In this document: one piece after another, positions 50,629 to 61,173 of the stretch
Position numbering within the stretch: the stretch's first letter is position 1
Layout of the letters: each line of letters begins with the position of its first letter
NCBI GenBank assembly: GCA_028284265.1
Contig: JANQRZ010000015.1
Span: 16,808 to 80,807 of the forward strand
Direction of reading: 5' to 3'
Source of the DNA: Rhodothermales bacterium
GTDB lineage: Bacteria > Bacteroidota > Rhodothermia > Rhodothermales > JANQRZ01
DNA: 64,000 nt
Made by a program: the position numbers and the translations under genes
The notes under the pieces: generated by a model
Told to the model about the DNA's origin: nothing
Databases searched by the model: none
The model's input: only the letters and a program-made list of their open reading frames with translations

Positions 50629-52524
50629 CTACTTCGTGAGGACCACCCGGTGGGTGCGGGTTTCATCGCCGACTTGGAGTCGGTAGAGGTAGGTGCCCGC
50701 CGCGAGGTCGCGTCCGTCGAACGAGACACGGTGGGTGCCTGCGTCCTGTACGCCCTCGACGAGCGTTGCTACGGTGCGACCTGTAAGGTCGTAGACCTTG
50801 AGCGTCACAGAGCTAGCCTCTGTCACTGTGTATTCCACTGTCGTTTCGGCGTGGAACGGATTCGGGTAACTGGTGAGCAATGCAGGCTGCGGAGCCGCGG
50901 TCGTGCTCTGGGCAACCGGAGTCTTCAGCCAGTCGATGACGTCCACTTCCTCGCCGGTCTCGGCATCGAGAAGCATGATGTCGTTGCCAGAGGCCGGGCG
51001 CGGGTTGCCGTCGTCGAGCTTCGTCCAGAAGAAGCCGTCCTGGGCCAGCACGTCAGGGAAGAGACCCACTGCACCGCCGCAGAAGTACTCACCGGACATA
51101 GCGCCCGATCCGATGCGGAACTTCAGCGTCCGCATGAACATCTCGCCCGGTTCGAGGGTGATGTCGATGGGGCCGCGCGCCGGGTTGAGGGTGACGCCGT
51201 TCGGCAGCTCTTCGATCAGCCAGCCCTGGATCGGGCACACGTCGTTGTCATCGTTGTTGGTGACGGTGACCTTGAAGGTGATGAAGCCACCATCGGCTGG
51301 GAGTGTCGTGCTGCCGATCGGCATGAGTTCGACGTCGAAGTCCTCGCAGATGCGGTCCTCGCACTCGAAGTCAAGGCCAGTGATAGCACCGCTGGAGGAG
51401 AACGCAACTTCGAGTCGGCGCACGCCCTCTGCATCGAGCGTGACGATCTGCGCGCTGTTGTTGCCGAGCGCGAGAGCGGCAACGGACGTGATCTCGTTGC
51501 CATCCCCGTCGAAGGCCGTGATAACGGCTCCTTCATCACTGTCGATATCGAGGACGCCGACAGATGCCACGCCGACTTCCTGCTCGAATGAGAAGATGAT
51601 CGTACCACCAGCAGCATCATCATCCGGGTCTGAGGTGTCGCCGTCCTCCGAAATGATGAGTACGTTGCCAAGTGGTGTGTCGTTGCCCGGACCGGAGCCG
51701 GGTGTGCCGAGGTCAGAGTCGCCGCCGGTCGGGTTGGCCGTATCAAAGATCATGGCCGGGTGGTTGACCGGGTCGTTCGTGGTGACGCTGATGCCATAGG
51801 CCGCGTACTCGTTGTCGACGATGGTGCCAGCGGGGAGGTGAAAGCCGTCAGCGTTCGCTTCAAAGTCGATGTCTTCGGCGTCTTCGCAGACGAACTCTTC
51901 TTGCTCCTCACAGTCGAGGTCGACGTCCGTGATGGCACCGGGGCCGGAAAAGCAGACCTCGAGACGGTACACACCTGAGGCGTTGAGCACGACGCGTTGG
52001 ATGCCGTTCTCGCCAATGCCATGTACGGCCACTTCCTCAATCACATTGCCGTACTCGTCGAAGGCCGTCACCACGACTTCTGTGTCGCTGTAGACGCCGA
52101 GGAGGCCAACGGAGGCGACGTCTTTTGCGCTGTCGAAGTTGAAGACAATGGTGCCGCCATTCAGGTTGTCATCTGGGTCGGAGGAGTCATTGTCTTCCGA
52201 GATAATGAGCACCTTGCCGAGCGGCGTATCGTTGCCCGGTCCATAGCCCGGTGTGGCGAGGTCGTGGTCGTCGCCAGTGGGGTGGGCCGTATCGAAGATC
52301 ATGGCCGGGTGGTAGTGCGGGTCGAGCGTCGTTACGCTGATGCCGTAGGCGGCAAACTCGTCGTCGATGACGGTGCCTTTGGCGAGCGGGTGCCCCTCGG
52401 CGTTGGTCTCAAAGTCGAGATCGTCGCAGAATTGAGCCATCGCGTCCGGCGTCAAGCCCGCAACCATCAGCCCGAGGGCTGCCAAGAGCGCAACACGGCG
52501 CAGGAGTGTAGTTGGTTGAGTCAT
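50629..52524 (-). CDS. Secreted acidic protein with two tandem ~175-aa domains and a T9SS type A sorting domain
   Basis: Signal peptide; duplicated DFE..G..L..GT..D.E.AAYGISVTT..HPAMIFDTA.PTG.D.DL.TPG.GPGNDTPLG.VLIISED.D.SDPDD; C-terminal YPNPF..VYDLTGR.V..GTYLYRL. Confidence 0.88.
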   Translation of the reverse strand: MTQPTTLLRRVALLAALGLMVAGLTPDAMAQFCDDLDFETNAEGHPLAKGTVIDDEFAAYGISVTTLDPHYHPAMIFDTAHPTGDDHDLATPGYGPGNDTPLGKVLIISEDNDSSDPDDNLNGGTIVFNFDSAKDVASVGLLGVYSDTEVVVTAFDEYGNVIEEVAVHGIGENGIQRVVLNASGVYRLEVCFSGPGAITDVDLDCEEQEEFVCEDAEDIDFEANADGFHLPAGTIVDNEYAAYGISVTTNDPVNHPAMIFDTANPTGGDSDLGTPGSGPGNDTPLGNVLIISEDGDTSDPDDDAAGGTIIFSFEQEVGVASVGVLDIDSDEGAVITAFDGDGNEITSVAALALGNNSAQIVTLDAEGVRRLEVAFSSSGAITGLDFECEDRICEDFDVELMPIGSTTLPADGGFITFKVTVTNNDDNDVCPIQGWLIEELPNGVTLNPARGPIDITLEPGEMFMRTLKFRIGSGAMSGEYFCGGAVGLFPDVLAQDGFFWTKLDDGNPRPASGNDIMLLDAETGEEVDVIDWLKTPVAQSTTAAPQPALLTSYPNPFHAETTVEYTVTEASSVTLKVYDLTGRTVATLVEGVQDAGTHRVSFDGRDLAAGTYLYRLQVGDETRTHRVVLTK

Positions 52525-52931
52525 GAGAAGGTGGGTCTAGAAGGAAAAAGAGTGAGCCAAGCACAACCTCGCGGGTGTGCAGATACGGTTAATCTAGCTA
52601 CCGGGGAATCAGGTAGTTCGGTAGAGAGAAGAGCCACAGGCTTACTCTCTATGCGCCAACAGGAGCAAAGTGGATGCGCCACTAGGCGCGTGGACTTCCG
52701 CCGACAGCTGTATGCACGGGGCAATCCCTCTTAATTAGGCTGGATTCAAAGGTTAGTATTCGTTACATAGCCTATACATCTGTCTGCAGTAAAGGAATGT
52801 GTCGTGATCGACTCTCCTGCGTTTCTCGACTCGACAACAAGCCAGCGTCCAGCGTCAGTGTGCTCTCCATGAGGAGGGGACTAAACCCCGCGACGTGGGA
52901 TCGGTAGTCCGTGATGGAGGTAGAATCAGAC

Positions 52932-55193
52932 ATGCCCATCACCAAGCCGACGACTGCGCCACTTGTTTCCGCGCCTGCCCGACTGGCGCTTCCCATCGAG
53001 GGAATGGAATGCGCCGCGTGCGCAGTGCGGATCGAGAAGCGACTCGGCAAGCAGACGGGGGTCCAGTCGGCGAGCGTGAACTATGCCACCGGCGAAGCGC
53101 TCGTTGAGTACGACGCAGACGAGGTCCGCGTGGACCAGCTTGTGGCAGCAGTCGAGCAGACCGGCTATGGGGTTCGCTTGGAGGCTGCCGACGAGGAGGG
53201 TGTCGTTCACGAGCAGGAGGCGCGCTATCGGGCGATTCGCCGCCGGACCATCGCTGCCGCTGTCCTCTCGCTACCGGTTGTCGTGCTCTCGATGGCGCAC
53301 GGGGCGCTGGACTTTCCCGGCATGCGTTGGCTCCTGTTGGCACTCACGACGCCAGTGGTAGTGTGGGCCGGGGCGGGGTTCTTCGACGGAGCATGGCGCG
53401 CCTTTCGTCACCACGCCGCCGACATGAACACGCTCGTCGCGCTGGGTGTCGGGACGGCCTACGGGTACAGCGTGCTCGCCACCGTGGCACCGGGGTTGTG
53501 GGCGGCAACGGGTCAGAGGCCAGAGGTCTACTTCGAGGCGGCGGCGGTGATTGTCACGCTCATCCTGCTCGGGCGATTGCTGGAGGAACGAGCGAAGGGC
53601 AAGACAGGGGCAGCGATTCGGCGGCTGATGGACCTCCAGCCCGATACGGCCCGTGTCGTCCGCGATGGGCATGAGGTGGAGGTGCCCGTCGCAGACGTGT
53701 CGGTGGGAGAGATGGTCGTTGTGCGCCCCGGCGAGCGCGTGCCTCTCGATGGAACGGTGATTGACGGGGCCTCGGCAGTGGATGAAAGTATGCTGACCGG
53801 CGAACCGCTGCCAGTCGAGAAAGGACTGGGCGATGCCGTGACCGGAGCGACCGTCAACCGGACGGGCGCGTTCACGCTGCGCGTCAGCCGAACGGGCGCG
53901 GGCACGACGCTCGCGCAGATCGTCCGGCTCGTCCGCGAAGCGCAGGGCCGCAAAGCCCCCATACAGCGCCTCGCCGATATCGTCGCGGGCGTCTTCGTCC
54001 CGACGGTGCTCCTCATTGCCATTGCCACCTTCGTCGTCTGGTTCGACTTCGGGCCGGAGCCGCGCCTCGCCTATGCGCTGCTGACGTTCGTGAGCGTCCT
54101 CATCATCGCGTGCCCCTGCGCGCTCGGCCTCGCCACGCCGACGGCCATCGTGGTGGCGACAGGCAAAGCCGCCGAGCACGGCATCCTCCTCAAGGGTGGC
54201 GATGCCATCGAGCGCGTCCGCGAGGTGGAGGTGGTGCTGCTGGACAAGACGGGAACGCTCACCGAAGGCACCCCCCGACTCACGGACGCAGCGCCGGTCG
54301 GTGGATGGGATGAGGCGAGTCTCTTGGCACTCGCGGCGGCAGCCGAGATGCGGAGCGAGCACCCCATTGGTGAAGCCATCGTCGCCGAGGCTGAAGCGCG
54401 TGGCCTAGCGCTGCCTCCTCTCGAAGCGTTTCAGTCGCAGACCGGGTTAGGCGTTGAGGCAACGGTAGCGGGGCGCACCGTACTGATCGGCAACCGCGAT
54501 TTTCTGGATGAGCACGGCATCGAGCAGGACGTGCTCGATTCTATAGCGATTGATCTCGCGCAGGCAGGCAAGACCGTTGTGCGCGTCGCCGTCGATGGCA
54601 AGGCGGCGGGCGTCCTCGCGGTGGCCGATACCGTCCGGGCTTCGTCGAAGGCGGCAGTGCAGGCGCTCCGCAATCTTGGTTTGGAGGTGGTGATGGTTAC
54701 AGGCGATGGGGAGGCGTCAGCGCAGGCGGTCGCCGAAGCGGTTGGGATCGAGCGCGTCGAGGCGAACGTTCGGCCCGCCCAGAAAGCCGAGGTCGTCCGG
54801 CGGTATCAGCGCGAGGGGCGCGTCGTCGCGATGGTGGGCGATGGGATCAACGATGCGCCTGCCCTCGCCGCCGCCGATGTCGGCGTGGCGATGGGGGCAG
54901 GCACCGACATCGCCATCGAGGCCAGCGACGTAACCTTGATGCGCGACAGCCTTGCCGTCGTCGCCGAGGCCTTCCGCCTGTCGAACCGGACGCTGCGGAC
55001 GATCAAACAAAACTTGTTCTTCGCATTCGTCTACAACGTGCTCGGTATCCCCATCGCCGCCGGGCTACTCTACCCCTTCTTCGGCATGCTCCTCTCGCCG
55101 GTCATAGCGTCCGCCGCGATGGCGCTCTCGTCGGTCTCGGTCGTCACCAACAGCCTGCGGCTGCGCGGGTTCAACCTCGGGGAGACGGCGTGA
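52932..55193 (+). CDS. copA: Copper-translocating P1B-type ATPase
   Basis: [50 protein letters not shown] and MALSS (Cu+ signature). Confidence 0.93.
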   Translation: MPITKPTTAPLVSAPARLALPIEGMECAACAVRIEKRLGKQTGVQSASVNYATGEALVEYDADEVRVDQLVAAVEQTGYGVRLEAADEEGVVHEQEARYRAIRRRTIAAAVLSLPVVVLSMAHGALDFPGMRWLLLALTTPVVVWAGAGFFDGAWRAFRHHAADMNTLVALGVGTAYGYSVLATVAPGLWAATGQRPEVYFEAAAVIVTLILLGRLLEERAKGKTGAAIRRLMDLQPDTARVVRDGHEVEVPVADVSVGEMVVVRPGERVPLDGTVIDGASAVDESMLTGEPLPVEKGLGDAVTGATVNRTGAFTLRVSRTGAGTTLAQIVRLVREAQGRKAPIQRLADIVAGVFVPTVLLIAIATFVVWFDFGPEPRLAYALLTFVSVLIIACPCALGLATPTAIVVATGKAAEHGILLKGGDAIERVREVEVVLLDKTGTLTEGTPRLTDAAPVGGWDEASLLALAAAAEMRSEHPIGEAIVAEAEARGLALPPLEAFQSQTGLGVEATVAGRTVLIGNRDFLDEHGIEQDVLDSIAIDLAQAGKTVVRVAVDGKAAGVLAVADTVRASSKAAVQALRNLGLEVVMVTGDGEASAQAVAEAVGIERVEANVRPAQKAEVVRRYQREGRVVAMVGDGINDAPALAAADVGVAMGAGTDIAIEASDVTLMRDSLAVVAEAFRLSNRTLRTIKQNLFFAFVYNVLGIPIAAGLLYPFFGMLLSPVIASAAMALSSVSVVTNSLRLRGFNLGETA

Positions 55194-55294
55194 TGGACAC
55201 CGCTTCGTGGATTGTGACGCTCGCCGGGATCGCTGCTGCCGCGTGGGTGGTGTGGTACTTCTGGCTCTACGAGGACTCAGGCGGCGAAGCGTAG
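55193..55294 (+). CDS. 33-aa single-TM peptide coupled to copA (not in ORF track)
   Basis: TGATG stop/start overlap at 55191-55195; [33 protein letters not shown]. Confidence 0.6.
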   Translation: MDTASWIVTLAGIAAAAWVVWYFWLYEDSGGEA

Positions 55295-58200
55295 CACGTC
55301 CTCGGCCAGCACACGGTCAAGGGTGTCAGCGAGGCGGTCGGCATCGGCCATGCTGAAGACGAGGGGCGGCTTGATCTTGATGACATTGTGGAGCGGGCCA
55401 TCGGTGCTGAGGAGGATGCCGTGATCCTTCATTCGCTCGACGAGGTAGGTGGCCTGCTCCGGTGCCGGTTCCAGCGTAGCGCGGTCAAGCACGAGTTCGA
55501 TGCCGAGGAACAGGCCGAGGCCACGTACATCGCCGATGATCGCGTGCTGCTCGACGAGGGCTTCGAGGCGGCGCTTCAGGTGGGCACCGACCGTCGCCGC
55601 ATTCTCGCGTAGCCCCTCGCTCTCGATCACATCGAGCACCGCGAGGCCGACGGCGCACGAGACGGGGTTGCCGCCGTAGGTGTTGAAGTATTCCATCCCG
55701 TTGGCAAACGAAGATGCAATCTCCGGTGTCGTTACGACCGCTGCGAGCGGGTGGCCGTTGCCAATGGGCTTGCCGAGCGTCACGATGTCCGGCACTACGC
55801 CCTGCGTCTCGAAGCCCCACCAATAACTTCCGACGCGCCCGAACCCGACCTGCACCTCGTCGGCGATGCACACGCCTCCGGCATCACGGGTGTGCCGGTA
55901 GGCCTCGGCGAGGAACCCGTCCGGCAGCACGATCTGTCCACCGCAACTCAGGATCGACTCCGCGATGAACGCCGCGATGTGCCCGTCGGCCTGCCGGATC
56001 GCCTCGGCCACGTAGTCAGCGTAAGGCTGCACGCCGCCGCGATACGTGTCGGGCATCGGGACGGGATGGACGTAGTCCGGCGGGCCGCTGCCGCCGGGGC
56101 CGTCGTGCTTGTACGGGCTGATCTCGATGAGCGACTGGGTGTGGCCGTGGTAGGCTCCGTCGAGCGCGATCACATCCTGCTCGCCGGTGTGCGTCCGGGC
56201 AAGACGAAGAGCTAGGTCGTTGGCCTCGCTGCCGCTGTTAACGAAGAAGCAGACCGAGAGCGAGTCCGGCATGAGGGCGGTCAGCCGCTCGGCGTAGGCG
56301 ATGATGTTGGGGTGGAGGTAGCGCGTGTTGGTGTTGAGCGTTGCCATCTGCCGACTCGCCGCCGCGACGACGCGCGGGTGTGTGTGCCCGACATGGCAGA
56401 CGTTGTTGACACAGTCGAGGTAGGGCCGTCCGGTTTCGTCGTAGAGCGTGGCTCCGACGCCGCGCACGATGTGGAGCGGACGCTGATATGACACACTCAG
56501 CGACGGTCCCAGTTGTTGCTGCCGGGCTGCGAGTAGGTCGCGCTTCGTAGGGCCGGTCGGAGGAAACGCCTCTGCCGGGATGCGGAGCAGCAGGTTTGGG
56601 TCGGGACAGAGCGAACGCCACACGGCGCGCTCGTCGGCGGTCCCGACGCCGGGGAAGTCGCCGCGCTTGCCGAGAGGGTCGGCGATGATTTGCAAATGGA
56701 GGTGCGGTGCCCAGCCGCCGTTTTCCTCTGGTGCGCCGAGGGTTCCAATGGGTTGGCCTCCTCGGACGACATCGCCCTCGGCGAGTCCATCGAGCGAGGC
56801 CCGGCTGAGGTGACCGTAGAGCGTCCAGAACGTCGGTCCATCATTTGGCCGGTGTTCGAGGATAATCGTCGGTCCGTAGTCAAGCGGGAGGGTGTTGTCG
56901 GCGACGCTGTGGATCGTGCCATCGAGCGGAGCGAAGACGGGCGCGCCCGCCGGTTGGAACAGGTCGATGCCGAGATGGATCGTGCGCGTGTGGCCGGTCG
57001 CCTCGTGGAACTGCTCGCCAGTGTAGACCAGCCGCGCCTCGTCATAGCGCCCCACACCGACCTCGGCCTCAGCTTCGACCATGCGCTCCACGATGGTATC
57101 GGACGCGAGCATCGGGACGCTTAGATTGTCTGTATCCCACTCGGCGCTACCTACGCTGAAGTCGAACACCACAACGGGCGACGTGCTTGGGTCGGGCGCG
57201 ACGAACGGGGCGAAGGCGCTCTGGTGCGCTTTCAGCCAGTCGATGAGCGCCGGTGTTTGGGGACACGGTTCGAGGCCACATGCGGCGCGGATGCGATAGG
57301 TCGCCCAGCGAGGGTGAATCGTGTCGAGCCGTTCGAGCGCGGTCCACGCAGCGGCTTCGCTGATTGAGAGGTAGGCGTCGTCCGGTTCATCGCGCTTCCG
57401 ATACGCTGACATCGCCACGCTCAGGCACAGCCGCAGCGTGACGAGCGAGAAGAACGCTTCGAGTTCGTCCTCGGTGAGCGGGTGCTCTGCATGGAAGCCC
57501 GCCGCCACCTCCGCCATCGCTCCGACCGGATCGGGCTTGTCGAGCAGGGCATAGGCCGCCGCAATCGCCGGGTCCGCGACGGTGTAGGACCACGTCGCAT
57601 CGCCGAAGTCGATCAGCCCGGCGATCCGGCGCTCCGTCGAGATCGGCGGCGAGACGAGGATGTTGTAGTCATTCGCATCGCCGTGAATGAGACTCCGACG
57701 AAGCGTGTCGAGATGGGGTGCTGTCTCACGCTCGAACCGGTCGAGGAAGCGCTCGACGAGGTCTTGACGTTTGAGATCGACAATGTGCTGGAGTCGCTCG
57801 CGGATCACTGCCGGTGCGCGGCTCATCTCCCAGTCGAATGCACGGTGCGCGGCGGCGTGGTCAAACCCATCGAGGCAGACGGCGAGCCGACCGAGCGTAG
57901 CGCCGAGGTCATGGAGAAGAGGGGCGGTGTGCGGGTTGACCTCGGCGAGCGGGACGCCCTCGAGATAGGATACCGCCCAGGCAAGATGTCGCTGTCCATC
58001 GCCCTCGACGGTCGTGATGGCGTCGCCCGACGTGTCGAGGCGAAGCGATGGGCAGGGCACGCCGCTCGCTGCGAGGCATTGCAGCATCTCGACCTGCATC
58101 GTGAGCACGCCTTGGTCCTCGGTGGCACTCGCTATCTTGAGGACCCATGCCGGTTCGCCGTCTATGCGGAGCAGCCAGTTCTGGTCACGGTCGCTCGGCA

Positions 58201-58300
58201 GCGCCGACGCAGCAGCAGCGAGGCCGAAGTGAGTGCGGGCAATTCGCTCCGCATCAGCAGGGGAGAAACGAGGGCGAGCAGAGGCGAGAGTCAGCTCCAT
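55277..58300 (-). CDS. Fusion of APH/choline-kinase-like phosphotransferase, peptidase M23 and class-III aminotransferase/phospho-lyase
   Basis: IHGDANDYN and IDFGD (kinase); HLGIDL and PHLHLQ (M23); [35 protein letters not shown] (AGXT2L-like). Confidence 0.9.
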   Translation of the reverse strand: MELTLASARPRFSPADAERIARTHFGLAAAASALPSDRDQNWLLRIDGEPAWVLKIASATEDQGVLTMQVEMLQCLAASGVPCPSLRLDTSGDAITTVEGDGQRHLAWAVSYLEGVPLAEVNPHTAPLLHDLGATLGRLAVCLDGFDHAAAHRAFDWEMSRAPAVIRERLQHIVDLKRQDLVERFLDRFERETAPHLDTLRRSLIHGDANDYNILVSPPISTERRIAGLIDFGDATWSYTVADPAIAAAYALLDKPDPVGAMAEVAAGFHAEHPLTEDELEAFFSLVTLRLCLSVAMSAYRKRDEPDDAYLSISEAAAWTALERLDTIHPRWATYRIRAACGLEPCPQTPALIDWLKAHQSAFAPFVAPDPSTSPVVVFDFSVGSAEWDTDNLSVPMLASDTIVERMVEAEAEVGVGRYDEARLVYTGEQFHEATGHTRTIHLGIDLFQPAGAPVFAPLDGTIHSVADNTLPLDYGPTIILEHRPNDGPTFWTLYGHLSRASLDGLAEGDVVRGGQPIGTLGAPEENGGWAPHLHLQIIADPLGKRGDFPGVGTADERAVWRSLCPDPNLLLRIPAEAFPPTGPTKRDLLAARQQQLGPSLSVSYQRPLHIVRGVGATLYDETGRPYLDCVNNVCHVGHTHPRVVAAASRQMATLNTNTRYLHPNIIAYAERLTALMPDSLSVCFFVNSGSEANDLALRLARTHTGEQDVIALDGAYHGHTQSLIEISPYKHDGPGGSGPPDYVHPVPMPDTYRGGVQPYADYVAEAIRQADGHIAAFIAESILSCGGQIVLPDGFLAEAYRHTRDAGGVCIADEVQVGFGRVGSYWWGFETQGVVPDIVTLGKPIGNGHPLAAVVTTPEIASSFANGMEYFNTYGGNPVSCAVGLAVLDVIESEGLRENAATVGAHLKRRLEALVEQHAIIGDVRGLGLFLGIELVLDRATLEPAPEQATYLVERMKDHGILLSTDGPLHNVIKIKPPLVFSMADADRLADTLDRVLAEDVLRFAA

Positions 58301-58349
58301 CGGGCAGCGGGAAACGTGGAGCCGAAAACTACGCGATCTGGCTCATCGG

Positions 58350-58796
58350 CTAGTGCTGGGCGAAGACGGCGGCTCGTCCGTCGCGCGTAAACATCAGCAC
58401 GTCATACCGCTGTGCCGGGCGGCCCTCGATCTCCATCCCCGGCGAGCCAATTGGCATGCCCGGCACGGCGATACCGATGGCCTCGGGCGGTGGTTCGGCG
58501 AGGAGCCGCCGCACATCCTCTGCTGGAACGTGGCCCTCCACGACGTAGTCGCCGACGACCGCCGTGTGACAGGACGCCAACTCATCCGGCACACCGAGGC
58601 GGGCGCGGGTGTCGGCGGTGTTGGAGACCTCAATGGTCTCGACCTCGAACCCGGCTTCGACCATGTGATCGACCCAGAACCCGCAGCAGCCGCACGTCGG
58701 CGTTTTGTAGACCGTCACAGTCGGCGTCTGGGCTTGGGACTGGCAGCCGGAGAGGACGAGCAGTGTGACGGTCAGTAGGGAGATAGGGAGGCGCAT
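58350..58796 (-). CDS. DUF411 / CopG-like metal-binding lipoprotein
   Basis: Lipobox LSGC; YKTPTCGCC..W..H, SCHTA, EGHVP, PGMPIGSPGME. Confidence 0.9.
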   Translation of the reverse strand: MRLPISLLTVTLLVLSGCQSQAQTPTVTVYKTPTCGCCGFWVDHMVEAGFEVETIEVSNTADTRARLGVPDELASCHTAVVGDYVVEGHVPAEDVRRLLAEPPPEAIGIAVPGMPIGSPGMEIEGRPAQRYDVLMFTRDGRAAVFAQH

Positions 58797-58807
58797 CGTC
58801 TCAGAGG

Positions 58808-59344
58808 TTAGTTCGTGTAGCCACGCAGTCGGTTGTAGGCAGCGGTTTGTTCGGGCGTCAGGGCGGCCCGCATGGCGACGTGGGCCTTCAGGTGAACGGC
58901 GCGGAGCCGGCCTTTCGTTTCGCCGATGTGAGAGGTGATACGCGCCACGGCGTCCGAAGTCGCCTCGCCGCGTGCAAAAAGGGTATCAAGGTGGCGTTCC
59001 ATCTCGACGAGCTGGGTGCCGAGGGCACGGGCTGCGGTCTGTACCTCGTCGTAGAGGTGTTGGGCCTCGACGTGTTGCTCGGCGGAGAGGTTCAGGCTGT
59101 CAGCCAGTTCGAGGACGTGGAGCGGGCCGGGGTAGCCATTGAGTTCGGCGGCCATCGCCAGCCCGAGGCCGCGCCCTTCAAGCAGACCGGTCATCTCCTG
59201 TTCGGATAGCGCCTTGATGCTGCGCTCGGTGTCGTCAACATACGGCGAATGGATGTGGTGATCGCCGTGCTGAGCAGTAGCGGAAGAGACTACCGCGAGA
59301 AACAGAAAGAAGAAGAGAAGGCGCAGGGGCATCGAATGGGGCAC
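58808..59344 (-). CDS. Periplasmic Spy/CpxP-like, possibly heavy-metal-binding protein
   Basis: Signal peptide, His-rich start HGDHHIHSPY, AELNGYPGP.HVLEL, C-terminal LTPEQ. Confidence 0.75.
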   Translation of the reverse strand: MPHSMPLRLLFFFLFLAVVSSATAQHGDHHIHSPYVDDTERSIKALSEQEMTGLLEGRGLGLAMAAELNGYPGPLHVLELADSLNLSAEQHVEAQHLYDEVQTAARALGTQLVEMERHLDTLFARGEATSDAVARITSHIGETKGRLRAVHLKAHVAMRAALTPEQTAAYNRLRGYTN

Positions 59345-59595
59345 TCCGGGTGCCTGTTTGGTGGGTGTGCCCCGTCAAACTACGAAGCACGGTGGTGGAC
59401 ATATGGCAAGGTCGCGCTATCGCCTGCGGTGAGGCATGAGGATATTTGGTCAACCTGTGCCTACCTGTAATCTTCAGCCGCACGAAGGCGTTGTCTCTTC
59501 ATTAAGAAGTAGCGCGCTTGCGCTGATTCATACGATATGCCCGCTCCCGAACAGGGCGCAGACATCAATGCACCTAGCACCATTTCGATAGTTTC

Positions 59596-61173
59596 ATGGA
59601 GTTTGCAGTAGACGCTCATACGCTTGCTGATTCGCTGACCGACGGAGGAGATACCCGGCTCCTGCTCGACGACAATGGGTTGAGCAAGTATGGCTGCACA
59701 CCGTTTCCCCGCAATACGATTCCCTTCGGGAGCTGTACTGCGTCCACCATGTCGCTGCGGGCATGGGAGGCGGCACAGGCGGGAGCTATACGGATACGAG
59801 AAATGCTTAGGGATCAGTCACCCGCCGAGGTAGCTGATGCGCTGTGTGCCGAGATTCGGGAGACACTCGCTGGCCTACTTGGGCTGGCCGAGGTTCCAGG
59901 AGGCGAACTGGTTCTCACCCCGTCGGGGACGGACGTGGAGCTGATTGCTTTGCTGCTGGCAGGGCGAGAAATGGGCCGTGATATTTTGAACATTGTAGTC
60001 GGGCCGAACGAGGTGGGCAGTGGGACCACACTGGCTGCCGGAGCGCTTCATTTTGACCATCAAGTACCAAGTGGTGCCCAGCGCGAGGTAGGGCAGGCGG
60101 TTGATGAAGCCCTCGCGGCGCGGGTCACGGTTGAGACGGTATCGCTCCGCACAACCGACGGATCGATGCGGCTACCGGCTGAGATCGACCGGGCGGTTGA
60201 GCAGTTGGTTGAGGCTGGAATCGAGGCTGGGCAAAGAGTGATCGTCCATGTCGTCGCCCACAGCAAAACCGGGGTTCATGCTCCCACGCTCGGCACGGTC
60301 AACCGGCTCGTTGAGCGCCACGGGGACCGCGTCGTAGGCCTGATCGACGCGGCACAGGGGCGCATCAGCCGCCGGGGACTTCGGGCCTATCTCCAGCGCG
60401 GTTACCTCCTCATGCTCACGGGGTCGAAGTTCTACGGCGGCCCGCCGTTCTCCGGCGCGCTCCTCGTCCCGGACCGTCTCGCCAACGCAATGCAGGAGAC
60501 GCGTTTTCCCGAGGGCTTCAGTGACTACTTCACGGCCGCCGAGATGCCTGAGGCGTGGGCAACGGTTCGAGATCACCTGCCCAAGCGTGCCAACTGGGGG
60601 CTTCTCCTACGCTGGTTCGCGGCGCTTGAAGAGATGCAGGCGTACTACCTAAGCTCACCCGAAGCCCGCCTTGCTGTCCTCCGCCATTTTGAGCGGGAAG
60701 CGCCGCGTGTACTGAAGGCGAATCCCGTTGTGGATTTGCTCCCAGTCTGGCCTCCGGTTCTCTCCGATACGGCTGAGCGGGTACTAGAATCAAAGACGAC
60801 AGTCTTCAGCTTTAGGGTCAGCATAGAGGGCCATGTCGGGCCGCTGTCCAAGCTCGCTCTGAAGCAGTGGGTGCAGCTTCTCAATACCGACCTCACGGAG
60901 CGCCTTGCCATCAAATCTTCCTCAGCTGACTATGAAGCAGCACGCCAACCCTTTCAGATAGGCCAGCCAGTGGGCTTGGGAGATAGCGGTCTTGCCATCG
61001 TGCGTATTGCTCTCGGAGCGAGTTTGATTACGAGCCTGGCCGAAGATGATGCGTACGGGGCAACGCTTGACGAGCGTCTTGGCTGGCTGGATCGGCACCT
61101 TGCCCTTCTTTCAGAGAAAATGACGGTCATGGCTGAGCGATGGACCGATCTACACACAACGCATGATGACTGA
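59596..61173 (+). CDS. Hypothetical protein with PLP-dependent transferase (fold type I)-like motifs
   Basis: TPSGTD, LIDAAQ and TGSKFYGGPPFSGALLV resemble class-V aminotransferase DxxQ and SxHKxxGPxGxG motifs. Confidence 0.65.
   Translation: MEFAVDAHTLADSLTDGGDTRLLLDDNGLSKYGCTPFPRNTIPFGSCTASTMSLRAWEAAQAGAIRIREMLRDQSPAEVADALCAEIRETLAGLLGLAEVPGGELVLTPSGTDVELIALLLAGREMGRDILNIVVGPNEVGSGTTLAAGALHFDHQVPSGAQREVGQAVDEALAARVTVETVSLRTTDGSMRLPAEIDRAVEQLVEAGIEAGQRVIVHVVAHSKTGVHAPTLGTVNRLVERHGDRVVGLIDAAQGRISRRGLRAYLQRGYLLMLTGSKFYGGPPFSGALLVPDRLANAMQETRFPEGFSDYFTAAEMPEAWATVRDHLPKRANWGLLLRWFAALEEMQAYYLSSPEARLAVLRHFEREAPRVLKANPVVDLLPVWPPVLSDTAERVLESKTTVFSFRVSIEGHVGPLSKLALKQWVQLLNTDLTERLAIKSSSADYEAARQPFQIGQPVGLGDSGLAIVRIALGASLITSLAEDDAYGATLDERLGWLDRHLALLSEKMTVMAERWTDLHTTHDD

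Noticed and set aside
52776-52785. TACATCTGTC as a CopY cop box upstream of copA
   Set aside because: One mismatch to TACAnnTGTA, single copy, and no CopY gene in the window.
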